A stretch of 57,678 nt of DNA, counting the filler, from Platydemus manokwari (taxonomy: Eukaryota), in the NCBI GenBank assembly GCA_037951405.1. It is 5 parts of 5 records of this genome, joined end to end, with 100 filler letters (N's around TTAATTAATTAA, not from the genome) between each part and the next. Parts side by side here need not be neighbours in the genome. Positions count along the whole stretch, not along the records: positions 22,102 to 31,329 come from JBBMOY011280318.1; positions 31,430 to 40,444 come from JBBMOY011313983.1; 3 more parts are not named here. One strand, written 5' to 3'. How positions within the stretch are numbered: position 1 is the first letter of the stretch; the number at the start of each line of letters is the position of its first letter. The notes under the pieces were generated by a model, which saw nothing but the letters and a program-made list of their open reading frames with translations, searched no databases and was not told the DNA's origin. The position numbers were made by a program, and so were the translations under genes. Below are positions 24,265 to 37,089 of the stretch, one piece after another.

Positions 24265-27200
24265 CGTACTGTCTATATAATTAATGCATTAATTATAATT
24301 AATTATATTGTCATTATTAAAATAGATTTTTATCTGAAATTAAATCTCATTGAGCTGACATCATCAATCAAAAAGGTAGCTCATCTTCCTATTTGCATAT
24401 GATTGCTATTCTAGAAGCTCAGTTTGAATCCTGAGTACTGGATTCACTGCAGTAATACCTCAAATTTTATTTTAAATTTCCTAGAAGGTCCTGAAAATTT
24501 TAATGAAAGTAAAATAATCCAAATTTTTATATTATATGAATTATTGCTGGCTTTTTTGTTTTCAATAACTAAATAAAACAATAACAACAACAAATTTTTC
24601 TACAGAACGTTATATCTCAGATGATAGGCAATGACAAGGCATTTACAATTCCAAATTAGAACTCACGGGACCATGGAAAGGTAATTTCAGATTTTTAAAT
24701 TTTGTAACAGCTCCACAGCAATACATATTACTGTTTATTAATGTTGGTGATTAAAGTCTTAATATTGAATGCCAACAAATCTTCACAAGCTAGTATATTC
24801 GTAAACAACATCGATGTTTATTGATTATATCTCCACAATTATTTTCTCTTGATTTAGTTTTGGACTTAATTAATTAATCGATTTTTTAAAATTAAATTAT
24901 TTATAAGAATGTTTCAACGACCTATTGCAAACAAAGAAAGTAAATTGATGGGTTCTCCTAGTCAGTATTGTCTGTATAAATTCACCAAATATCTATCAAA
25001 ACGAAAATAAATATTTAAACTATGTCGTACGAGCTGAGGAGATTGAAAGAAAAATAAATTTAATTAAAATCCCAAACTTCAATTTATTAATGCCGGTTAT
25101 TCAAATTTTTGATTCCATTCAACAATATAACGCACCCAAAACCAGATTGAATCGTTGTGGAAAACATACATTTATCCAACATACTTAATGAAATCAATAT
25201 GATATTTGAATCGTGTTTTTCCTTATCTCAGCTATACCAGGCTTTTTTCTCGCTCATTTTAAGTAAATAAATATGAAATCCGAATTATCCTTTATTGTCA
25301 ATATAAACGTAACGAATATTGAATTATTTTCACATCAAATTTCAGAATACTTTATATTTTTCGAATTCTGATTGGATGAAATTGTAAAAACTACGTTTCC
25401 TTCTAAAATGATTTTTTATAATTATCATCACATTGATATCGATTGTTTTTTATTGTTTTTAATTAATCAATATTTTGAAATAATGATGGTACACTTTTCA
25501 TAGAAAGGATCATTAATGGACAATTGATGTGGGTTGAAATATTTCGGGCGATATATATTGCAGTAAGCAAAAATTAACGACAAAATAAAAGAAACTCACA
25601 AAATTAAAAAACGGCGATTGGAAAACAAATCATTGTCTGATTTTTGATCGATAGTTTCATCATTTACAAGTCAGTCGTCAGGTCTAATTATTAAGGAATG
25701 GGATTTGAAGTCAAAGAATTGATTGATGGCAAAAAGTTTTCCAGTTTCAAATGACAATGAAGAGAATCTAAACTGAAACTATTAAATGTGTACATTATTC
25801 TTTTCGTTTCAGACTCTGTTGCAATGGATTTCATCAATACTCACAGACTTCCTGCGGAAACCTCAATGATGCATTATTATTGGATTCTAATTAATTATAA
25901 GGAGCCCAGTGTTAATTCATTATTTCATGAATCTCACTTCACAATATCGACATAATGAAAGATGTACATATAATGCATACGTGGTTGGTCAACTGTCCAA
26001 CATATTGATTATTACTCATACTCAAGAAATATGTAAATGACAGATATGAGATATAAGATAACAAGTGACACATCATTGCACAATAAAGTTTATAATTTCC
26101 GGCAAATAATCACATTTAAGATCGAATTTTATTTGAAAAGAAGCTTACATTATTAGTAAAAATATAAAAATCAAAGCGGCCTAGACAGACAAATCAAACA
26201 GCAGATAACTTCAACAACAAAATTCAATACATATATTAATAATAGTTTAAATTTATCTTAATATCTTAAATTTATCTTTATTACCCATTATAGATAGCTA
26301 GTAATTTATTTCATTTAATATCATTAAGAATCGAAAAAATTATTACACATTTCTTGATATTACTCAGACAAATATTTAACGAAATTTGATTGGGTATTTG
26401 ACAAAAAAATGATACCAAAAATGAAACAATATTGATGACAAAAAGAATTCAAAGTCATAGATGAAACTAAGGTGATAAATCGCTTGCTTTAATTTTATAG
26501 TTATTTCAATTAAATTTTATTATTTAATTAGATTGATAAAATCACTTAATACTAATATTCACGGGATATGATTGATATTCTGGAATGGTTCCAAAAGCGA
26601 TAGATGAAAAATAGAACTGAATTTAAGATAAAGAGTCCAAAAATAAAATTTTTAATTTATTGGATGTATTGCAAAAAATCTATATTATTTAATAATTATA
26701 TTGATCCAAAACATTTTGAATTTCAGGTTTGAGTTTCTTAAAAAAATGAATAAACTAGAGGTTTAAAATCTAGTTTTAAAATTGAAAAAGTATGAAAAAT
26801 TTCTCAAACAGAAATTTAAGGAAAATTTTTTCCAACACCTTCGTTCACCATAAGAACAAACTAGATGGACAGGTATTCCACATTTTTGAATAATTTTACA
26901 AGACGAATAATTGGAACTTTGATGATAAAAGGTCAGGAATTAGGTAAGTTCACTTTTGCTTAAAACAAAATTTCCCACTATAATGTTTATAAAGATAAAA
27001 TAGGTATCCACGATATTGTCATTGAAACTGAACAGAGCTATCTTAAAGTGAAAAATTATGATGGCCATCATCGAAAGCAGATATTTGGATCTTTAGAAAA
27101 TTGGAAAAGTATAATGATAAGATTTGCATCTTGTTACCAATATGAAGGCAAAGCCTTAGGCAGCAGAGATAATAATCTTTCGATAAAGATAAAATTAAAA

Positions 27201-28317
27201 TTTAACACGTTACTTAATATTTATTTGTAAATATATGAGACCGAATCTTGAAGTCTGACAGCCGTCTTCAAATTATTAAATAACAAGAACACAGAATATC
27301 GAAAGTCGTTAAAATGTGCTAAAGTATAGTGGTACAATACGTAGATGTTAGTTACTTACTATGTACTCATTACACTGCTGAGTCAGCTTTTATTTTCGGG
27401 ATGAAGCAGCCTATGACTTAGTTTCTTCGATCCACTCTAGATTGTGACTTTTTTAGGGAAATTAAACTTCCTAATATTCTATATTCATTTTTATTTAAAA
27501 GGAAATTTTAACCTGAAATTTAAAATTATTTTTTCTCTCCATTTTTTTTCCATATAAGTAATTATTTTTCTTGATTTCCTAAAATCATCGAATCTTTTAA
27601 ATCCATAATTAAATACTGTTTCAGAAAATACTGTACAACTTAAGCTTTATAAATCTGACAGCTTTCTAAAGGGGACATATATTTTTCATTTCTTAATTTT
27701 TCATTTTTGGCTTTCGATGTTTTTGGAATGCTTACGTTACAAGAGAATATTCTGCAATAATCAAATGATATGTTTAATTAACCACTTCTTTATTTAGGCA
27801 GTTCATTTGGTTGTTCGAGAAGAAAACATTTTTCCTGTTTTCATCTTGATAGAAAACAGAAAAACTAACGAGATTATTGATTTTCATTCTGCAACTAGTT
27901 TTAGGACCTAAAATAAATATGTGACAATATTATCTGGTCGAATGAAATAATTTTCCATTTATTATAAACAGAACCAATTCTTTATTTGTCGAGTAATAGT
28001 ATATTCGTACGCGCACTTTAACATTTATAAGCATTCAACCTCTAGTAGAACATTGCATTAATTTTTTTTACTTTGTCATTCAGATAAATTAATTTGCTTG
28101 TTTGGTTTCTAATATATTTCCATTAGTGATTGACACACATCATGACATTCAGTCAGAAAACCTCTTTGGCTTAAAAATTTTCGAAATGTGATTATAACCT
28201 TGAAGATAGTTTGAGTTTATTGATTTCGATGAGAATTATTGGTATAAATTAAGAAAAAGAGTCACTTGACCTTTGTTAATTATAATTAATAATATAATAA
28301 TACATGTTCTTCTAAAA

Positions 28318-28546
28318 CAGGGGTCTCCAAACTTTTTTTAGCAAAGGGCCACATTGCTGATTTTTTAAAATTTGGAGGGCCAAAACTATGATAGGTATAC
28401 AAAAATTGTGGTTCAAAATGAGCAGTTGAAATCATTAATAAGACATTTAAATGTTTATCAGACAACCGTGACCTGTAACAAGATTTTTGTCATAATGTTC
28501 GTGTGTTTCATAGTAAGCTTGGCAGGCCGTACTTTGGAGACCCCTG
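28318..28546. mobile_element. 229-bp non-autonomous hAT (Charlie/Buster-type) MITE
   Basis: Perfect 14-bp TIR CAGGGGTCTCCAAA/TTTGGAGACCCCTG. The 8-bp TSD ttctaaaa/ttctaaat has a central TA. Confidence 0.9.
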
Positions 28547-29439
28547 TTCTAAATTAATTATAAAATTTTTTGTTTTTCATTTTCCTTTAACGTTAATAGA
28601 GAGCGACCTCGCTAAATTTCATTTATTTGCAATATGGAACTATATGTTTTCTCACCACACTTGACATATTTAAAATTTTAATTCGGGACTTTTTCTATAA
28701 ATTCAATTCAAACCAATCCAAATTTGCAAACCATTAAAAATTACTGTTTGCTGGTTGGTTTTAGAAAGAAAGCTTTGTCATTCGAATTAAAGTAGATTTT
28801 GTCTATCACGTAAGTTTTATCCAGAATAGGTGTTCGAATCTTTATTATATATTTGAATGGAAAAAAGCGATATAGATTTATTTATTTATCAATATAAAAG
28901 ATGCTCTTTTCTTTTTAATTTTTGAGGATTTCAATTTGCATTTAATCTTTCAGATTTGTTTTGCTATATTTGTAATAAAGTGACATTTTAATCTCTAAGA
29001 AAAACCTTAAATTTTATGACTATAAAGAGCTATAAGCTATAATTTGCATGCGGAATAGGAGATCAAGACAACTGTTTCCGACTTTTTACTGACTGGTTAA
29101 AAGGTTCTCGGTACAGAAGTTTTGCAATTCAATAATTTGAAGAAATCTCAGAGATTCTGTATCTGATTGATATTTTTGTATGAGAAAATTTTCTCACATG
29201 AAAACTAAAACCAAAAAATTACTGACTTATTAAAATACTCAGTCAGCTTTGAGATTAATAACTGTTAGTTCATAATTCAACCGTTTCATCTGATATTGTA
29301 CTCAGTGCTAACAATGACTATGATAAAGAATACAATGATTTATGAAAGATATTACTAATACTTTTCATTTGAATATGATAGTGTTTCATGTAATGATGTT
29401 GTGTCTGTTTTAAATCTCTTAAGCGTGGATATCAAACTG

Positions 29440-30140
29440 AAGAGTGAGTTTTTTATAGATTCCTCTAATATGAATTTGAAACTGCTGGTAATATGTTTTC
29501 ATTATTTATTTTGGCTCATGCTAAAATTACGAAAGAAACTTTTTGCAATATGAAACTTTTTCTAGATAAAATTAAGAATAAAAATCATAAATTAAACAGT
29601 TATGGTGATTTGGAATTCAATGTTTTTTCCTGGTCTTACAAAAGGTTTTTGTGACTTTAACGACTAATACAGTCCTGGTAGAAAATTGGCCAAAATGAAA
29701 TTCTTCGACTACTGAGGAATAAAAAAGTCATTCATTTTCAAATAGAAATCGAAAAAATATTTCATTGCTTTATATAAATTAGGACATGAAAAATTTGATT
29801 GAAGAAATGGATCGAAATGAACTGGGCTTTCAATACCTTTAAGTGAAATTTCATAATTTTTCTGAAGCTAAAATTAAAGAAAAAAAATTGTGGTGTCTTA
29901 ACACTGACAAAACAACACAGGCGATCTTGAAAAGTGTTGGTAAGAACTTACTGGAAAACAATAAAAGATCGTCATATCAAACATGTCAATAAAAATTTAA
30001 TTTTGTCACTCAAAACTTCATTTATTCTGTTAGCAGTTCTTCCGAGAGATTTTAACCATGGAGAAGTGTTGTCAGAAGTAATGCAGTTGAAATATGCTGG
30101 CGAACAACATTTGTATTCTAAATTGAGAAGTTCCAGGCAC
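29440..30140 (+). mobile_element. Chapaev3-type (CMC superfamily) transposase fossil
   Basis: FFIDSSNMNLK, GNMFSLFILAHAKITKETFCNMKLFLDKIKNKNHKLNSYGDL, KLG/MKNLIEEMDRNELGFQYL*VKFHNFSEAKIKE, KNLLENNK, LSLK, ERF and NMLAN are colinear with LFIDSSK.SLK / ICGDLK / PPLHIKLGLMKNFVKA / FP.LSEAKIKEG / GERFHQ / MLADYCW. Confidence 0.8.
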
Positions 30141-31329
30141 AGAATATGAGAGAAAATCTGATATTTCTACGTTTTGATGGTAACATGTTAGAATTTCACT
30201 CGTATTGTTGGGAAAACCTTTAGTGATAGAAAAATTCTAAAACTAGATCGAAATTCAGCGCGAAACCTATGCCAAGGAACTATCCTCTTTCAGTAAAATG
30301 ACAAGATTTTGTTGATAAATATGTTTAATATTAATTTTAATTAAAAAAAATTAATATTCACTGACATACAATTTCAAAATTCATTTTAATTATTTTAATG
30401 TGGTAAATATATTGAAAGATTTATATTTTTCGAAAATTCGTATGCCATAATGAATTTAAGCAGTAGCTGCTTATGTCACATCAAACAGCAATTCAAGTCA
30501 TTTTAATCCGGAATGAAAAACCTACCTCACCCATTTGAAATGATCAATATCTTTAGCATCATGATGAAATTTATAACTTTATTTTGTAATCTACTGATTT
30601 AATAAAAATTTTTTGAAACCTAAAATTTAAATTCATATAATTTAGCGTGTTTTGTTTATTTAAATATGGAGAATTCCTTTTTCAAATTTTATCAACTTGG
30701 TTATCGTAGGAAAACTTATTTCGATTCCATATGGATTTCTGGAAATAGATGAACAAAAATAATATCGTATGACAGAAAGTGAAAGTCAATTAAATCTTAT
30801 TAATATAATATCCGATTTTTTCGAAAAATTTTTCTTATAAAACTCCATTTAGGCTTCGATTTTTATGTTTGATTAATAGATAGAAGAAGATTTTTTAAAT
30901 CAGTTTTAAAACTAGTTGTTTTTAACATTTATAAAATAAATAAAATCGATACATGCTTTGAAATTAATAAAATATTGATAATCGCAATATTTATTGATTA
31001 TTGAATACTACGTTTGAGTTCATTAGGCGGAGTAGGAAATTATTGACCATCAGATAATTGAAGTCGGTTATTATAACAAAAAAACAAGAGTAAAAAGTTT
31101 TTTTGTTAATTAACTACTGAAATCTTTGTTTTGTAATGAAAGAACGCAGTAAGTCTTGTTTGTTATTATTTTTATATGTATTTCAATAGAATTTTTGGCT
31201 GCTACTACTTAATTAAATTGGAATTGAAATCGAATCCAATAATTTAAAACTTATAATTGAGCCCTTGATTATGAAAGTGGTATAAGTCATTTCAACCTTT
31301 CAAAACCAAATTTCCATTTAAAAATGGTA

Positions 31330-31429
31330 NNNNNNNNNNNNNNNNNNNNNNNNNNNNNNNNNNNNNNNNNNNNTTAATTAATTAANNNNNNNNNNNNNNN
31401 NNNNNNNNNNNNNNNNNNNNNNNNNNNNN
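31330..31429. other. assembly gap with artificial stop linker
   Basis: 44 N + TTAATTAATTAA + 44 N. Confidence 0.97.
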
Positions 31430-31949
31430 CGAATCTGGTCAGACCTTATAATTTAATTATTAAATTTCTTATATAACACAATATGCAAATTAGTGTCCCG
31501 ACTTATAAGTAAAGCTTTATTTGATCTTCCAATCCGTAAGCAGAAGCGTACATAAAGCAATCGGTCATAATATCGACAAATTCGACAGGGTCGTTATCAT
31601 ATTTCTCAACTTACAGAATGGATCACTTGCTGGATCACTTTGTCCTAGGACTCGAATACGGATTTGTTTTAATTGTAATAGATTTCAGTTTTTGAAGTAT
31701 TCAATAATGTATCCAATAATGCAATTCTTAATCGCAAAGTAACACTTGAAAATTTAATAGTCAATATTCGTTCTCCCAACCACACTCAATAGAACAAAGT
31801 CAATTAAAAATTCACAATGGAATTATCATCCAAACGATAAAACATTTAGAGAAATGACGATCATAAAATATCGGTCACCCGAATGATCACACAAAATAAT
31901 TAAGACATATAGAAGGTTACTGACAGTGAGAGACTGCTCTTGTTTACGA

Positions 31950-32370
31950 GGTTCAACTTCTTTTATTATGTGTTTTTACCAGTTTTCTTGTATCTATACC
32001 GTTTTATTCACTGATATCGTTTGCATATTAGCTTATTAGTAAATTTTCTTCTAACTCTAGTGCAATTAGCATAACTCGATGTTTGTTGCCTGTTGCCAAT
32101 GTACGCCATTTGATGATAGAATTTTGGTATTTTGCGAGCACCTGATTGACTATTGATAGGTGCGCTTATTGTGTCTGCATGAGTCGACCCTTTTTAAGGT
32201 TATTCTGTATGTATTTCCTTCTGTTTTCTTGTTCACTCAACACTACTTTTACATCACTCTCATATGTTTCTGACATTTCAGAAGACAATTTTCGCTCTTT
32301 TCTTTGTAGATTCCTGTGTTCAAGTTGTAGTCAATTCAGAAAGTTGTAATTCATATCTGGATAAGTATCG
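31950..32370 (-). mobile_element. possible LTR-retrotransposon integrase C-terminal remnant
   Basis: Mostly open frame with few stops. ...EQENRRKYIQ...HLSIVNQVLAK resembles the Q...K..YD...L..GD.VL.K integrase tail. Confidence 0.3.
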
Positions 32371-32619
32371 AACTTTTAAACCTTCACAGCAAGTAGCCAA
32401 CGGTTTCGAGAATTTTTACTCTCAATGAATCAAGACTAAAAACAATTTATAATATCTACGTAATAATAATGCGATAGCGATACGATTCATAAAGATATAT
32501 TTTCATGATCGATCAAATCAACAATGTTAAGGAATAGAAATGTTTTTATTTATTAGAAAAATATATATTTGTTATTTCATAATTCTTTATAAATATAAAA
32601 CTAAACTAAAATTAAAACA

Positions 32620-34450
32620 TGCGTATATAATTAAGTTGTGAGTTATAAGCAAGCCTTTAAATGACTTCATATAACTGAATCCATTTAAGAGAGAATTTCA
32701 GAGTGATTGAACCAAATACTCACAACCGTGGCAATAATATGACGAAGTTGGTATTAATCATCCTTGCAACATTAGTTGTATTTTGTAAATATCATCGTCT
32801 ACTAACCATATTTTTCTTTTAACCCAATTAAATATAATGAAAATATTTTTTATGGTTCTAACTTAATTACACCTGGTTTATTAAAATGTCTTTTGAAATC
32901 TGATAGATTAAGAACAAAATTCGGAAGAATTTTAATTGACTTCCCGCCTCCTTTAAATTAAACAATTTCTAAGTCTAATATGGAAATATAACTGTACCTA
33001 TATGAAATCTTAGTGATCATTGACAACTTAATTGCAATCGGGAACAAACCAAAAATCAATAGTAATTATAAATTTCATTCGTTTGAGAATATTAGAGATG
33101 GAGTAAAATTTTAATAAGCTCATGAAATAATTTCCAGTGAAATTCTTAAAATTATTCTTTCAAAGCATAATTATTTTTATTTTTTGTATGGAATCGGAAA
33201 ATTTTATTAACAATATCTCATTTCAAGCTTAACGCACTGGAAACCGTTATTATTATGATACCTTTTTTAATAGTTTACTTGTGTTTTGTAAAAACCAAGA
33301 CTCTCCTTTCCTACATTTCATTTCTCCAATCAATATTTAATTTTATCAAGTACCTTCCGAAATAAATCTCTGGTTATCTAACCTTCTAATCAACCAAATT
33401 TAAACAATATTTTCAATTAAGCAATTTAAATTAATCTCTAATATCTAAGAAATCATTTTGTTATTACCTACTCTATTCTGATTAAAATCTTTAATCAAAG
33501 TTGATAAATAAATTATAAGACATTTTCAGTCGAATCTTCACACTATTCCTCGACTTATCGATAAAACTATGTTATTTTCCACTCATTTACCCGAGAAAGA
33601 ATCTTTTAATCTAATGGATAAAATTCGAAACTATATCTACTATAGACCAATTTCGCTTTACTCAACGGAATCAACACATTAAAAAAATAGCATCACAAAG
33701 GATTTTTTTTAATATTTTGATATTACTTTTAATTTCAAATTTTCATCTATTAATTCGGGTTAAAAATTCATGATTTAATTTCGATATATTGCAAAAGTGT
33801 TTCAGTTTTATGTTTATGGGAAAAATAATATATCTTAGACTGCTTTCGTAAATAAAATTGTCCCTCTCAATTTGACTTAATCTATTAACTGAAATTTACC
33901 AGTGATTGGTGAATCATTTAAGTTTTAATCACTCGATCGACACTTTTTGAATTATTTTTGCCATGATTTTTAAAATATCATCGACAGTTATTTTGTAATA
34001 AAATCAAAACAGTTTCTGAAATGGTAAAAACAAATGAGGTTTGTGACAAAAATATGAGAATAAAATAATTATTCAAATCAAATAAGATTTTCGACGAAAT
34101 CTAAAATTGCCCATTATATTAACTGTAAGATAAAAATCTTAAAAATTATAATCTTTTATCGAAATATTTAATAAAAATGTTCACTAATCATTTGAGCTGA
34201 ATATTTTACACGTTTGAAATTAATGATATTTTGCATTTAACGGGCTCATTATATTGAAATATGAAATTAACTATCTCAGGATGAGGATTTTTGTTTTTCT
34301 CAAAAATGGATCATAATTTAAAAAATTCACAACAATAACATTTTGTGGTTTCCTTTATAGTTTTAATTAAGACAAAAATGGTACTTGGCTGATGTATAAA
34401 ATCTAATATTTTTTGATGAATAACCAGTACAGGGATCAGTAATTATCGGT
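32620..34450 (+). mobile_element. decayed L2/CR1-like LINE (post-endonuclease region and RT)
   Basis: ITPGLLKCLLKSDRL (PWIT.GL.KS), THWK, YYRPISL at ~33640, NKIFDEI (SKAFD.V) and PVQGSVIIG (GVPQGS.LGP) occur in order. Confidence 0.65.
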
Positions 34451-34767
34451 GGAAGCATTGATACCATAAATCAATATTTTTTATCATCATTATTATTACC
34501 AAGAATCGCCGGAAATTTTAATATCAAAAAATTCAAATCAATCGAATATCAAAGGAAAAACCTTTTCATTAAAATGACATCAAATTTTATAGAAATATTT
34601 CCCAATGAGTAAGCCAGCCAGATAATAAAGATTGTGCCGGTAAATGAAATTTGAAAATATATTTTTAAAATATTATGTTTACCGTTTTGTTTTCATCATT
34701 AATATCCAAAACTCATTCTGATGTGTAAATATTTGTCAAATAAAGATCCAAAAATTTATGATTAAAC

Positions 34768-34822
34768 TCGAAAATAAATTGAGTCAAATATCGAAAATAA
34801 ATTGAGTCAAATATCGAAAATA
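34768..34822. repeat. 23-bp tandem duplication (2.4 copies)
   Basis: tcgaaaataaattgagtcaaata twice, plus partial tcgaaaata. Confidence 0.9.
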
Positions 34823-35061
34823 TCCAACAGTGAAAAGGGAAAAATTCAAATAAATATTATCTTTATTCTTTTTATTCAATTATTGGCACTCTCAATATTT
34901 GAGAGGAAAAAATATACATGCGACATTAAGATGCTATGATCAAGGGTTGTCGTCGGTAAACGGTGAACGTTTGGTTAATATAGAAATGGATTTATAATTT
35001 TTGTTATTAAATTTATTATTAATCAATTAAAATTTAATACAAACACAAATTTCATCAATTA

Positions 35062-35543
35062 TTATCCCAAAAACTTACATAATAATATTCTAAGGTTGAC
35101 ATCTATTGATCTGTCAGTGTTACTGTTGTTGAGATGAAATAGAAAAATCTGAACATCAGAAAGACGTGCTGCATCGTTATGAGATGTTTCATTATATTTC
35201 CAATTGTAATTTTGTAGATCAATGCAACCAGCTATTGGAGGTATGTTTTTCTTCTCATCACTGTCAATTCGATTGATTGGTGTTAAAAATGGTGAAATTG
35301 TGAAATATGGTTCGGCAAATTTGTTTCCCTGAGGTAGAAGAGCGGTGGTGGTTGAGCTAGAAGAATTTTGATTTGAAGGCTTATGGTTGGAAGACAATCG
35401 TGATGATTTCAGTTTGACAGAGGTATAATTGAATAGATTTTCTAAATTGTCATTGCAGAAACTCGACTGAACATTTCGCTTCCTAATAATTTCAAATTGA
35501 GTACCCTGAGAATGTAATATGCTGTCTAAGTCTGACCCTTTCG
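35062..35543 (-). CDS. candidate coding exon of unknown gene (Ser/Asn-rich)
   Basis: Acceptor gttttgcag at 35544, then about 160 stop-free codons (KGSDLDSILHSQGTQFEIIRKRN...EPYFTISPFLTPINRIDS...) with raised GC. Includes ORF 35062-35397. Confidence 0.5.
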
Positions 35544-37089
35544 CTGCAAAACATAGACATACGGTTAATCTTATCAGGAACTATGATTAATTGTTCGACA
35601 TTATTTAATAATATTTCGATACCAAATATTGTATTACCAAATATTAAATTTTTTCATCACCATATAAAGAATTAGTATGAAGATTATATTTCATATTTGA
35701 ATCAATTTGATTTAAATTTATCATTGATTCATAACATTAATTTTTGATAATAACTCGGTTTATCATAAAAATTATTCAAATGATTACACAATATCTTCAA
35801 TAATTATAGTTCAGCAATTATGACTGGCTTACAGTTTATACTACATTTAAAATGGGCCTTTAACAAAGAAGCATGCCAAAATTACTTTAATTCTGACAAT
35901 TTAATAATGTAGACTATTAAATATAAATCTTATTGGATTTACTCTTATTATAAACATAAAACCCGATCAAATTTCAAATTTATAAAAATAACAACAATTC
36001 CAAAAATACTAACCAAAGTCAAAAATATTTAAAATAAGCATTAAAATGCTGATTCCTTGAGAATAACTCTTTATACGTGTCTTTAAAAAACAAAACCATA
36101 ATGAGTAGATCATTTCATATTCCTGAGTTGTTCTAGAATTATTGAACTTGTGTTAAAATTTTGCAAATGAAATTTTTAATACTTAAAAACAGTGATAATT
36201 AATTAATAAAGAAGAAAAAATAATATAGATAGTATAAAAATTACTACATTTAGTTATTTTAAAATATATTAAATTAATCAAAACAACAAGTGCACTTTTG
36301 TCACGAGTTAATAGCCTTGATGAAAAAAACATTACTACAATTTAAACAACTTCATAAGATTTTTATTAAATTATTTTTATCACACGAAATGCTTCTATAT
36401 TTCGTTCTTCACTGGTGAGGAATTCCAATGAAGCTTTTTACATAAATCCAAAAATACTATGTTACTAAGGTTAATAAAAATTTTAAAAAATCTTTGAACA
36501 TTATACAATTCTTATAGAACATGATGTCACAAAGATTTAAATTTTCATTTATACTAAGTTATTGTGAGTAAAAGTATATTAATATCTATGTTTAGCATAC
36601 AAGAAAATTATTTAAAATTATTTTTTCTATTTTTTGATGTTTAAAAAATAAATTCTTTGTATGTTTCAAAGCTGTGAACTTATTAACTTAAATACCTTAT
36701 CTTCCAATAGTTAGAGTTTATTAAAATAAATTTATTAAATAATGATAATTAAGAGAGTTTATTATAATTGTATCGTGTAATGCTACTCTGATATATGAGG
36801 TCGTCAGTGGATTAATGTCATTGCTTCGTTGGTTTTCTACACTGTTTGTGTCTTTATTCCTTTTATATTTCATTGCTTTTCTTTACTACTTGATGAAGAG
36901 CGATGTCAATACGATAAATTGGTGATTTAATGATAATAATAATGAAAAGAGAAACTAAATACATATTTTTAATCAAATTTATCACAATGTACAGCGTTAT
37001 ATAATTTAATTTACTTAACAAAAATATCCAAATCAACAAACTTAATTTATCAATTCTTATTTACCAACTAGACACGATAAAGAAGCAAG

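Noticed and set aside
26560-27230. Possible gag remnant (DILEWF, KFKENFFP)
   Set aside because: Only two short motifs, too weak to call.
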